A stretch of 64,000 nucleotides of DNA, taken from the sequence record LC768500.1; one strand, given 5' to 3'. The position numbers were made by a program, and so were the translations under genes. The notes under the pieces were generated by a model. It worked only from the letters and a program-made list of their open reading frames with translations. It made no database searches and had not been told where the DNA came from. Within the stretch, counting starts at the first letter, position 1; every line of letters starts with the position of its first letter. Shown piece after piece: positions 19,487 to 28,223 of the stretch.

Positions 19487-21295
19487 TTACGCTAATACCC
19501 AGCAAGCTCTAGATGAGTTCCAAATGAATTCATAGGTTCCCGCAGAAGTTAAAGCGACGCTAGTTAACGACCCACCTCCAGGGCCGTAAATTGTATCGGT
19601 CCCGTTAGGGGTTACCGTGTACGTCCCACCTGATAGGATTTTCTTAAATCTTATCATAAACCCTGAACTCAACCCAGTCCCAGACGGAAGGTTGAAAGAT
19701 GAGGCGGCGGAACTCAAACAGTAATAAACGTTACTCAATCCGGTCGTAGGGAAAGTATAACCGGTATTAATTTCAGTATAAGTAACGGATACTTGAGATA
19801 ATCCAGCTAATGAGACTTTACCTGCCGCGAACGTGATTAACTGGGTAGGCGCCGCAGTTCCTGAACCACCCCAGATTCCAGAAGGAGAGAAACTCAATCT
19901 TGGGTAAGCCTCACCCGTCACTTTTAACGAATACATTGCTGTAGCCGTGGACGTAGCTCCCTGTTGAATAGGCTGAACGGCATCCATGACTTTTATGTTA
20001 GCGAATTCGTAGTTTCCTCTGTCAGGGGAATTGGTAATCGCCACCGCGGCGGCGTCAGATGGGGACCCGGTAGCGACGTTATTGGTGAAGTAATCATTAA
20101 CGCCATTCCACATTGTCGAAGAACCTGACGCGAAAGCCATGCAATAAGCTACTCGTGTGCTAGACGTGCCAGTGTTGTAATTGAAATGGGAGTTGGAGGT
20201 AATAATCTTTCTCACGTTACCTGTGAACTTCAGGTTGGCGTAACCATTAGTGGCGATCTCCGCAGCTGCAGACCCCCATCCGTTGGCAAAGAACGTGTTG
20301 GCGATTTGTTCGTGGATTTCAGTACCGCCAGGAGTGTTAAATAAAATCCCTGACTTAGCGTTAGAGTTAACGTGGTTCCTCACCATGCTCGTTACGGTAG
20401 CATTAGGTCCGAATACCACGCCGTTTCCGTTAGACTCGTAAGATTCACTGAGTACCATACGGAAACTTGCACAGTTAGCGTAAATATTATCCGATCCACT
20501 ACGCCCGATAGAAGAAGATAACAATTGCCAATCCGCGCCATTGGCGATATACAAGCAGGTGTTGTAACAGTATAGTATCGAAGAGTATTGCAGATACCCC
20601 ATGTTACGGTTTTTCCCAGCGTAAACGCCGTACCCAGAGAAATTACCAATACCTGAGTTTATCAACTGTACACCGATTGAATAAACACTGGCATCGGCTA
20701 GATATATCGCCGTGAGAGGTCCGCTCGTCGGCGCGTTTAGAGCATAAACCGACCCTGGGTTAGACCAATCCCCCTCAATCCTAATATTTTCAAAAGTAGG
20801 GGAAGCCGACCGGGAACAGTAGAACATGTTACCGGTCGTCCCTGGTTTGGCGGTAATACGAGCTGAACTACGTTTACCAACACCTTCAAAATAAACGTTA
20901 CTGGAAATATTTAAATTCCCAATTATGTAGTTCTTACCCGCGCTAAGTTTTATTCTAGCTGTAGAGGAAGCGTTAATAGCGGCCTGCATGGCTGCTGTAT
21001 CATCAGTTACACCATCGCCCTTTGCCCCATAAGCTTCTGGAACAACGTAGGTCAAGTAATCCTGAACGTGTCCCCCTTGGCTAACGCCGATGTTACCAGC
21101 GCCAGTATTCCCAGTTAGGTTAGAGAAGAAGGTTTGGATAGAGGTTACGATCCCCTTCATTGTGAAACGCTTGGCTCCAAAACGATCGTCGTATGTCTCG
21201 TTATCACTATTAACGATCTCGTCGAGTTTCTCGGTGTTAAACCTCACGTCTATTGCAGTACTACTGGGTATATTATTTTGTGTTGGAGTTGTCAT
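19487..21295 (-). CDS. tailspike/depolymerase 7 (pectate-lyase-like beta-helix), inverted
   Basis: Same anchor; YGAKGDGVTDDTAAMQAAIN motif. Confidence 0.88.
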   Translation of the reverse strand: MTTPTQNNIPSSTAIDVRFNTEKLDEIVNSDNETYDDRFGAKRFTMKGIVTSIQTFFSNLTGNTGAGNIGVSQGGHVQDYLTYVVPEAYGAKGDGVTDDTAAMQAAINASSTARIKLSAGKNYIIGNLNISSNVYFEGVGKRSSARITAKPGTTGNMFYCSRSASPTFENIRIEGDWSNPGSVYALNAPTSGPLTAIYLADASVYSIGVQLINSGIGNFSGYGVYAGKNRNMGYLQYSSILYCYNTCLYIANGADWQLLSSSIGRSGSDNIYANCASFRMVLSESYESNGNGVVFGPNATVTSMVRNHVNSNAKSGILFNTPGGTEIHEQIANTFFANGWGSAAAEIATNGYANLKFTGNVRKIITSNSHFNYNTGTSSTRVAYCMAFASGSSTMWNGVNDYFTNNVATGSPSDAAAVAITNSPDRGNYEFANIKVMDAVQPIQQGATSTATAMYSLKVTGEAYPRLSFSPSGIWGGSGTAAPTQLITFAAGKVSLAGLSQVSVTYTEINTGYTFPTTGLSNVYYCLSSAASSFNLPSGTGLSSGFMIRFKKILSGGTYTVTPNGTDTIYGPGGGSLTSVALTSAGTYEFIWNSSRACWVLA

Positions 21296-21328
21296 CTCTC
21301 CCTCCGACTATAAAAATTAACGGTCACG

Positions 21329-21336
21329 CATATTAC
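21329..21336 (+). promoter_or_regulatory. early-promoter-like CATATTAC overlapping a minus-strand TATG
   Basis: One mismatch to TATATTAC; CATA reads TATG on the minus strand upstream of tailspike 7. Confidence 0.4.
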
Positions 21337-21408
21337 TATGTATGACGCCTAATGAACCTGGGTCATAAAATTCAACATGATGTTAATCCACGCTATTGAG
21401 GTTTTATT

Positions 21409-21684
21409 ATGAAATTTACTTCTGCTGTTGCAAAACTCAAACCTGGTTTCGGTATTCAGTGCACCGATTGGAATGGCGCAAATCAGTTTGTTTTCGATGC
21501 CTCTTTGACCATGTCTCTCGTTGAAGCACGCAAGCAGGGCTTCCCCGGCCCGGTTAAACTGAAACCGGTTTACGTGTTGCATAACGCCAAGGGTGAGCTG
21601 CAACCTGGTTGGGTGCCGTCTCAGGGTGATCTGCGCAACGAGAACTGGGTCGTTGTCAAAATCAAAGACGCGCTGGCGAAATGA
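21409..21684 (+). CDS. DUF2829 / Tad2-like anti-defence sponge candidate
   Basis: MKF..A...LK..WNG..F...GWVPSQGDLRNENW matches the DUF2829 pattern. Confidence 0.75.
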   Translation: MKFTSAVAKLKPGFGIQCTDWNGANQFVFDASLTMSLVEARKQGFPGPVKLKPVYVLHNAKGELQPGWVPSQGDLRNENWVVVKIKDALAK

Positions 21685-22007
21685 ACTACCATCTCTTCTT
21701 CGTCGTAGGATTGACAGTTTGTTTGATCGTTTTTAGTGTCTTTGACGATTACTACACGAAAAGAGCGATTGGACTTAAAGGTTACGTTCCTTTCTGGGCT
21801 GTCGCAGTAATTCCAGGAAAATCCAAACTTAGTCTTAAACTGATTAAGTTTAAGATGGCGTGTTATGTTTTGGTTTGGATTTCGTGGCTGGTCATTCTAT
21901 CATCTCCGTTACCTTTTCTTGTTGCGTTGATGATGACGATCTTGGGATTGCTCAGTTGTATCATGTTAGGATCGTTGCTTCACAACATCGCTCAATCTAA
22001 AAAATAA
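21681..22007 (+). CDS. membrane protein
   Basis: Three hydrophobic segments. Confidence 0.65.
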   Translation: MNYHLFFVVGLTVCLIVFSVFDDYYTKRAIGLKGYVPFWAVAVIPGKSKLSLKLIKFKMACYVLVWISWLVILSSPLPFLVALMMTILGLLSCIMLGSLLHNIAQSKK

Positions 22008-22010
22008 ATC

Positions 22011-22041
22011 TAAGTAGGAGAGGTTTCCCCGCTCCTACTTA
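22011..22041 (+). terminator. CTCCTACT-family hairpin
   Basis: TAAGTAGGAG/CTCCTACTTA. Confidence 0.65.
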
Positions 22042-22058
22042 ATAAAGGATAATCTTTT

Positions 22059-22982
22059 ATGCCTATCATTATCGTTCCAGTTAGCGGTGGGGTAGAATCT
22101 ACCGCTTTACTCCACAAAGCCTTACAAGGTGACAACGAAGTTCATCCCGTATACGTTGCTGTCAACGGCGACCCTAGATCATCGGTATTTGATTTAACCG
22201 CAGCCGAACATATAGTGAATTGGTTTGAAGAACATAAAGGCGGTTACGTTGGGAGATTAAGACCCTTAACGTATATGATCAATCCGGTTTTCTTTCATCT
22301 CCATAACAATAACGAAATAGAAAACACCCCGGCCAATTATGGAGTGACCCAACAATTTCAATTGGTTTACAACATTAGTCTTCTTCGATCTAAATTTTGG
22401 GATTGTAATCCAGGTGTCTGGATTGGTTGGTTAAAGGAGGATGGCAATGAGTTTTCTTTTAACGAATACGATTTCTCGGCAGAGGAGTATAAGGAACTAT
22501 TAAAATTACCCGTGACACTAGGGGCGTTATCTAATATAGATAGAACGTGTAAGCCTTTTAGAACCCCCTTCTGGGAAATGACTAAATCCGATGTTTATCT
22601 AAGCCTGCCTGAAGAGCTTAAAACTTTAGTCGTTCCTAACGGTTCCGAGTATTATAACGGAGACGGTGACTTGGTCAGAACACCTTGGAAAGCTAAAAGG
22701 AAAGAATGGATCAATGCGAACATACCTATTAAAGACAGTTATGTATTTTCAGCAGCTCAGATTTCCCGCATAGGGCGATACGCCGGAAAGAAACTCTTGG
22801 GGAAAGATTTCAATCTCTCTCCTAATTACGACGCTTTAATCGAATTAGTTTATCGAGACTCTCGATGGCACCCTCTCCCCTTTACCAATAAAGACTTCTA
22901 CACCATTTGTAGTGCGAATAACTTAAAAGCCATCGTCAGGGAAGCCCAACACAACATCCCTGCTATCAAACCAATCGGTTAG
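22059..22982 (+). CDS. QueC-like PP-loop ATPase
   Basis: IVPVSGGVESTALL PP-loop; TPFWEMTKSDV; no CxxCxxC zinc motif. Confidence 0.7.
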   Translation: MPIIIVPVSGGVESTALLHKALQGDNEVHPVYVAVNGDPRSSVFDLTAAEHIVNWFEEHKGGYVGRLRPLTYMINPVFFHLHNNNEIENTPANYGVTQQFQLVYNISLLRSKFWDCNPGVWIGWLKEDGNEFSFNEYDFSAEEYKELLKLPVTLGALSNIDRTCKPFRTPFWEMTKSDVYLSLPEELKTLVVPNGSEYYNGDGDLVRTPWKAKRKEWINANIPIKDSYVFSAAQISRIGRYAGKKLLGKDFNLSPNYDALIELVYRDSRWHPLPFTNKDFYTICSANNLKAIVREAQHNIPAIKPIG

Positions 22983-23035
22983 TTGGATAGTTCATCTATT
23001 TTTAGTTCTACATTATCTGGTCGGAGGAACTAAAA

Positions 23036-24172
23036 ATGTTTATTAGTAAACGGGGTAAACTCCGGCCACATAAATCCAATATTGAAATTATCGAACGGAC
23101 TTTCGGTTGTCGGAGATTTGTCTGGAATCAGTTATTAGGATTACATAAAGAGCAATATGAAAAATGGAAGGGGGATAATACTTTAGAAAAACCCAAATTA
23201 AGTTTAACACTGCTTAATAAAGAGCTCAATGAGCTCAAAATAACTCATTCTTGGTTAAATGAAGTAAGTGCCGTAGTTTTACAACAAAGCGTCAATGATC
23301 TTTATAGTGCTTTTCAAGGTTTCTTTAAGAGAGGCAAAGGTTACCCTAAATTTAAATCCAAAAGAGGAATTCAATCTTTTCGGTTTTCAGGTAGTCGGGA
23401 TATTCATGTCGACCACTCTAAAATCAGATTACCCAAATGCAATCATAAATCGGTAATTTCTAAAAACGTTATACTCAACGATCCTTCTTCCTATACCGTT
23501 ATTCGTGATCGGGTTGGCGATTATTTTATTTCCTTTGTTGACCAAATCGAAGAGATTGAACAAGAACCTGAAAGTAAGGGTAAGTTCGTCGGGGTTGATT
23601 TAGGGATCAAATCCTTGGCGGTTATTAAACACGTAAACGGTAAAGTAGAGGAAATAGAAAATCCTCAATTTTATCGTAAAGCTGAAAAACGTTTAAAGAC
23701 GTTATCCCGTCGTTTAAGTAAGAAACAGAAAGGGAGTAAGAATCGGAACAAAGCCAGAATTAAATTAGCTAAACACTGTCGAAAGATTGCTAATCAACGC
23801 AATGACTTTTTACATAAATTATCCACTCGATTAATTACCGAAAACCAAGGGATTAATATCGAAGATTTAAATGTAAAGGGGATGGTTAAGAATCATAACT
23901 TAGCGAAGTCGATTCAAGATGCGTCTTTCAGTATCTTAAAACAACAATTGATTTACAAAGCTAGCCGGTATATTAAACCTAAAGTGATTTGTCTTGTCGA
24001 TCGTTTTTATCCCAGTACTCAAATCTGCTCTCATTGTGGCGTTAAAAGTGAAGTGAAAATCAAACTTCACGTAAGAGAATGGACCTGTGGTCACTGCGGA
24101 ACGCATCACGATCGTGACATTAATGCGGCTACGAATATCCTTAACGAAGGATGTCGTTTAACTACTTCCTAG
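23036..24172 (+). CDS. tnpB: IS200/IS605-type TnpB RNA-guided endonuclease (solo, no tnpA)
   Basis: HTH FGCRRFVWN; RuvC GVDLGIK, IEDLNV, DRDINAA; zinc finger CSHCG..CGHCG. Confidence 0.95.
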   Translation: MFISKRGKLRPHKSNIEIIERTFGCRRFVWNQLLGLHKEQYEKWKGDNTLEKPKLSLTLLNKELNELKITHSWLNEVSAVVLQQSVNDLYSAFQGFFKRGKGYPKFKSKRGIQSFRFSGSRDIHVDHSKIRLPKCNHKSVISKNVILNDPSSYTVIRDRVGDYFISFVDQIEEIEQEPESKGKFVGVDLGIKSLAVIKHVNGKVEEIENPQFYRKAEKRLKTLSRRLSKKQKGSKNRNKARIKLAKHCRKIANQRNDFLHKLSTRLITENQGINIEDLNVKGMVKNHNLAKSIQDASFSILKQQLIYKASRYIKPKVICLVDRFYPSTQICSHCGVKSEVKIKLHVREWTCGHCGTHHDRDINAATNILNEGCRLTTS

Positions 24173-24292
24173 GTTAAGGGTATTTAGTTACCCCTACCCT
24201 TGGTCTGAGGGGACGTTAAGCCTGCGGAGTGCTGCAGTTGGTACGAGGAAGCAGGAAGTTGATTTATCAGCAAGACACATTATCTTTTCGGA
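24150..24292 (+). ncRNA. putative TnpB omegaRNA scaffold plus guide (boundaries approximate)
   Basis: CTACC..GG..GG..TTAAGCCTGCGGAG..GAAGCAGGAA pattern; CCTGC 24221-25 pairs with GCAGG 24251-55. Confidence 0.7.
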
Positions 24293-24299
24293 GTAATCA

Positions 24300-24488
24300 A
24301 TGAAATGCAATCACGATTTTGAAAAACCCACCTATGAATTCTTAAAGAAGGAGTCGGGCTTCTTTCATTGTTTTAAACGAACGTGTAAACAATGCGGGCA
24401 TGTTCACCAACAAGAAGTGAAACGTAAATCAGATGTGCCTCTCTGGGCTAAAGAAGCAGAAGAGGTATTTCACTATCACAAATTTTAG
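24300..24488 (+). CDS. small Cys/His-rich protein
   Basis: CNH..CKQCGH; GGAG SD. Confidence 0.6.
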   Translation: MKCNHDFEKPTYEFLKKESGFFHCFKRTCKQCGHVHQQEVKRKSDVPLWAKEAEEVFHYHKF

Positions 24489-24500
24489 GAGTCAATATCA

Positions 24501-24896
24501 ATGGGTATGATCGATTATGTTTACGTTGAGGGAGATAATAAGGTCGGAATCCCTAAACTAATCGGCGGTGAGCACTATCAAACCACGGAAATGGATTGTC
24601 TTTCGGTTAAATACAAAATTAATGAAAATGGTGTATTTTCTGTCGTGGGAAAGGGTAATTGGGAAGGGGATTACGAACAAGATGTTTTGGGTGGGTGTTT
24701 AACCGAAACAATTGCGCTCGTAGGAGAAACGGAAGAAGGTAATAAAGAGCTTTTTCTTTATATCGAGAATAACGTTGTTAAATTCGTTTTCGAATACGGT
24801 AACATTCGGTATAGAGCCGAAGATATTAACCTTGACAGCATGTATCGAAAATTCACCGATGAATTCTTGGGCGAATTCGAATTCTTATTAGAGTGA
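24501..24896 (+). CDS. conserved-type phage hypothetical protein
   Basis: MGMIDY...YQT..MDC pattern common in phage proteins. Confidence 0.65.
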   Translation: MGMIDYVYVEGDNKVGIPKLIGGEHYQTTEMDCLSVKYKINENGVFSVVGKGNWEGDYEQDVLGGCLTETIALVGETEEGNKELFLYIENNVVKFVFEYGNIRYRAEDINLDSMYRKFTDEFLGEFEFLLE

Positions 24897-24903
24897 GGAT
24901 AAA

Positions 24904-25071
24904 ATGGCTTTCTCTATTTCTGGAAATGGTCTAAAGACAAAGGGTTTAAGGACACCTAATTGCTCTTGGGTTAAAAATGCAAATGATCGATTCTATTCAA
25001 TCGATAATGGTTGGGAGCGGTATATGAAAGCCTCTACAGAAGAGATCATTAGTGGGGGTAAAACGCATTAA
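24904..25071 (+). CDS. 55 aa small ORF (not in track)
   Basis: GAGGA SD; fills the intergenic gap. Confidence 0.45.
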   Translation: MAFSISGNGLKTKGLRTPNCSWVKNANDRFYSIDNGWERYMKASTEEIISGGKTH

Positions 25072-25471
25072 CCTCAGTTCACCTGATTTTGGCATTAACG
25101 ATATTTTGATTAGTTTAATCGTTAGATTCAATACCGATATTCGTTTGAGCAAAATCTTCAGGAAGGTTAACAATAATGATGTTCCTTCTTTGTTTAACAA
25201 CAGCGACTTCGTAAAGCATTACACTCAGCGACCTCATATAGAAAACGGGTTATTGAAATATAACGGTTGGACAGTGGGGGTGGGTCGTCCGCTAAAAATC
25301 CAGTCTTTTGATTGGAGAGTGTATGGGTCTGAGGGATTTAACGTCATAACCATTCCCAACCCAAAACCTAAACTAAAGATCCGGTTTACAAGAAGCGATA
25401 AACCAGGCTACGTTAATTTTGTTGTTAAAGAACAACCAGGGCTTAACGAATGGGAGAAAGTTTATGAGTAA
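25052..25471 (+). CDS. hypothetical protein
   Basis: 139 aa ORF in operon. Confidence 0.55.
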   Translation: MGVKRINLSSPDFGINDILISLIVRFNTDIRLSKIFRKVNNNDVPSLFNNSDFVKHYTQRPHIENGLLKYNGWTVGVGRPLKIQSFDWRVYGSEGFNVITIPNPKPKLKIRFTRSDKPGYVNFVVKEQPGLNEWEKVYE

Positions 25472-25967
25472 TCGGGGATTATCATCGAGTCCTTATAAGA
25501 GCAGACTCGAGAAGAAAAAGAAAGATAAAAAGAGAGCACGTATTCTTGGAGGCCCTAAACTGAGAGGACGTAAAAGCGCTCAACAGAGAGTACAAATAGA
25601 TTCATTCCTGGAAAGAGTTACTGCCGATGCCGAATCATGGGCGGAGCGACAAAAGACAGAAGAGTGGTTAAAGAATCCGCTTTATCCCTATTGGCGTAAG
25701 GATCCCTTCGAGATAAGACTCTCCGGGGTTATTTCTCCTCCTGCGTTTTCCGGTAAAGACTATCGAATGCTTTCTGAAGCGCTTAAAAATGTTGTGTTGA
25801 CTAAAACTATCCCCAGTGCCTCTGTGGAAGCACTGAATGGTTCCGCTAACCGACAAGAGAGCATTTACAAATCATTCTCTTTTTATAACCATAAAGAGAT
25901 CGATCTCCGGGACTATGTTAAAGTCCACGGTCGCCCACTAACTACTAACGGATTCCACCATGGCTAA
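25464..25967 (+). CDS. basic hypothetical protein
   Basis: ATG at 25464 overlapping the upstream stop. Confidence 0.6.
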   Translation: MSNRGLSSSPYKSRLEKKKKDKKRARILGGPKLRGRKSAQQRVQIDSFLERVTADAESWAERQKTEEWLKNPLYPYWRKDPFEIRLSGVISPPAFSGKDYRMLSEALKNVVLTKTIPSASVEALNGSANRQESIYKSFSFYNHKEIDLRDYVKVHGRPLTTNGFHHG

Positions 25968-26424
25968 ATCTATTTGGAAACCGGGTGTTAAAATCACTCG
26001 TAAAGAAAAGAAAGCACTTCGTCGTTTAATGCCTCATCCTAATAAGGGTCGGAGACACTACCAGTGGCGGGTAGAGAATACCCGTATTAGTCGTATTATG
26101 AAAGACGTAATAAACGACGACGGAACTCTGAATATCGTCAACGTCGCTAAACGTACCACGCGGGTTTCGGATAAACTCACGATGAAGCGGGAATTTATTT
26201 ATACCCTACCGAACTCTTCGGACGAGAGAAATATTCAGGCTTTTCGTCCTCGTCTCATGGAAGGATTTTCCGAGTCAGATAAAGAACGATTCAATGAAAT
26301 CTGCCGTGAGGTACTCGAACAACAACTTATCGATGGGTTAAAGAACAGATTAACTGCTCGAGAGATAGAAGGAGAACATCTTCGTGGTCAAGCCAGTGAC
26401 GTATCGTCAGTTCCTAAAGAATAA
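25960..26424 (+). CDS. hypothetical protein
   Basis: 154 aa, coupled to upstream gene. Confidence 0.6.
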   Translation: MAKSIWKPGVKITRKEKKALRRLMPHPNKGRRHYQWRVENTRISRIMKDVINDDGTLNIVNVAKRTTRVSDKLTMKREFIYTLPNSSDERNIQAFRPRLMEGFSESDKERFNEICREVLEQQLIDGLKNRLTAREIEGEHLRGQASDVSSVPKE

Positions 26425-26638
26425 CGACATCCCCAAGGATAAGAAAGAACCTCTTATTCCTACCACAGCGGTATTACTACCGAAACCCGAGGTTCCTAAA
26501 GGGCTTAATTCTAGCCTGCGCAGTACCGACGGAACGGGGATAGATACCTTCGGTAATTTAGATGGGCGGTCTGGAAAGATCGAAATACTCAACGCTAAGT
26601 ATGCTCATGGAGAATGGTTTACTTGGCCCAACAAATAG
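26384..26638 (+). CDS. hypothetical protein, start uncertain
   Basis: Fills gap; overlaps the previous gene. Confidence 0.35.
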   Translation: MVKPVTYRQFLKNNDIPKDKKEPLIPTTAVLLPKPEVPKGLNSSLRSTDGTGIDTFGNLDGRSGKIEILNAKYAHGEWFTWPNK

Positions 26639-26793
26639 GTAATGGTCATGGAAAAGTTAACGGTAATGAAAAATGTTTTTGAGTTAGCAACGGACATTAC
26701 TCCTAAGAGAAAAATACCCGATACTAAAAAGATACTAGAAGCGGGTAAAGATTCTGTCGTTGAATTCATTAACGAATATTTGGAGATGAAGAA

Positions 26794-27315
26794 ATGATCA
26801 TATCACTCATTATTGCTTTAGATGAAAATAACGTTATCGGGCAGGACGATCGTATTCCCTGGAATGAACCAGAAGACATGATGTGGTTTGTTACTAAGAC
26901 TCGTCATAAGGCCATCGTAATGGGTCGTAAGACGTTCGACGGTCTTCATAACCCGTTACCTAACCGGTTGAATATCGTCCTTACCAAAGACGGTAAGGAG
27001 CGCCCTGGAGCTATTACTGCTAAGACCCCGTGGGATGTTCAGAAAGCGGCTATCGACGCGGGTTATAACGAATTGGTTATTTGTGGCGGTCCTGGTTTAT
27101 ACGACTACGCGTTAAATAACAACATCGTGGATAAGATCTACCTGACTCGTGTTTTGAAAGAACACGAAGGTAACGTTAAATACGTACACCCTCTTTTGGA
27201 AGAACTCCTAGGTAGCGATAAAGTCGGTAATTTGTATGCGGGCAAATGGGTTCTGGACCAGTTCGTCTCAGTGCCGGGTTTAGTATTTCGGACCTTAACC
27301 AAAGTAAGAAAATAA
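26794..27315 (+). CDS. folA: dihydrofolate reductase
   Basis: IIALDENNVIG..IPW, VMGRKTF..PLPNRLNIVLT, ICGG, IYLTRV. Confidence 0.95.
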   Translation: MIISLIIALDENNVIGQDDRIPWNEPEDMMWFVTKTRHKAIVMGRKTFDGLHNPLPNRLNIVLTKDGKERPGAITAKTPWDVQKAAIDAGYNELVICGGPGLYDYALNNNIVDKIYLTRVLKEHEGNVKYVHPLLEELLGSDKVGNLYAGKWVLDQFVSVPGLVFRTLTKVRK

Positions 27316-27338
27316 ACACAGACCAATAGGAAATAAAA

Positions 27339-27902
27339 ATGAAACAGAAATTTCATCAAGGTGATTTGGTTTTTATAAAAGAAGACCTCGGTCCTTTTAT
27401 GGGTCATTTCCAAAGTGGATGCAGGGCCATTGTTGAGTACAGTTACAATGATCGTTACGGGGATCGAGATAAATCAAAAGAGTTTAAAAATGAGTCCGAT
27501 ATCAGTTACTCTCTTTGGTTAGAAGGGAGAGGAAGTGTAGCCTGGTATCATCAGGACCAACTCATTCTCATTGAAGAGGGGAGAAGGGATCTCTTAGAAC
27601 AGTGGGAGAAAGAGGAGGAAGAGAAAAAGATTAGGGAATCTGATCTGGATTATATCTTTTCCATCAAAGATCCTAATAAACTAGGTTATTACAGTCTGCA
27701 AGCCTTGGCTGACGTAATGGAACTGGGGTCGCTTTGGGGCCCAAGAGGAGAGGGCATTGATTTGGTTCGAAATCAGCACATCATGTGTCTTATCGCTGGC
27801 CGTTTCATGGCGTGTGAAAACCCCAAGGAAGAATTCCTAAAATCCGCGAGTGAGTTTAAAGAGAAAGTTTCCTCTGGTGAAATCAACACGCAGATAAAAT
27901 AA
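27339..27902 (+). CDS. conserved-type phage hypothetical protein
   Basis: QKFHQGDLV..DLGP..HF pattern. Confidence 0.7.
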   Translation: MKQKFHQGDLVFIKEDLGPFMGHFQSGCRAIVEYSYNDRYGDRDKSKEFKNESDISYSLWLEGRGSVAWYHQDQLILIEEGRRDLLEQWEKEEEEKKIRESDLDYIFSIKDPNKLGYYSLQALADVMELGSLWGPRGEGIDLVRNQHIMCLIAGRFMACENPKEEFLKSASEFKEKVSSGEINTQIK

Positions 27903-27953
27903 AACCTTTAGTATCCCTTTGTAAATCCAACGGTTATTTTTAGGGAAAACATC

Positions 27954-28043
27954 ATGTTAAAGAAAACACTTATTTTTATTGTCGCTGTTATTGTTCTTCT
28001 CGGTGCCGCGGCGGAACGTCAACAAAAGAAGAACGCGATCTAA
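27954..28043 (+). CDS. 29 aa membrane micropeptide (not in track)
   Basis: TTTAGGGAAAACATCATG leader; MLKKTLIFIVAVIVLLGAAAERQQKKNAI. Confidence 0.55.
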   Translation: MLKKTLIFIVAVIVLLGAAAERQQKKNAI

Positions 28044-28085
28044 TCGCTAATACTTTAGAACTAGCTTTAAATATTTGATCTATCG

Positions 28086-28118
28086 TAACTCCTACTCCCT
28101 TATGGGAAGTAGGAGTTA
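28086..28118. terminator. CTCCTACT-family palindrome, near-identical copy
   Basis: TAACTCCTACTCCCTTATGGGAAGTAGGAGTTA. Confidence 0.75.
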
Positions 28119-28223
28119 TACCATGACTTATTTTTTTTTACTTGTATTTCATCATAAACCTATATAACTTAAGTACATAAACATAAAACTTTATTAATTA
28201 AACCGTCTACGAGGATTTTTAAC

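Larger units (their letters stand above)
23010..24296 (+). mobile_element. TnpB cassette bounded by imperfect direct repeats
   Basis: 23010-23029 vs 24277-24296, 17/20 identical. Confidence 0.55.

Noticed and set aside
2998-21295. Diversity-generating retroelement or invertase shufflon acting on tailspikes
   Set aside because: No reverse transcriptase or recombinase, no TR/VR pair differing only at adenines, and no inverted repeats around tailspike 7 were seen.
23036-24172. Nuclease-dead TnpB (TldR-type repressor)
   Set aside because: The RuvC D, E and D residues are all present.
22983-24300. Complete autonomous IS200/IS605 or IS607 element
   Set aside because: No Y1 or serine transposase ORF, and no recognisable left-end hairpin in the 53 nt upstream gap.
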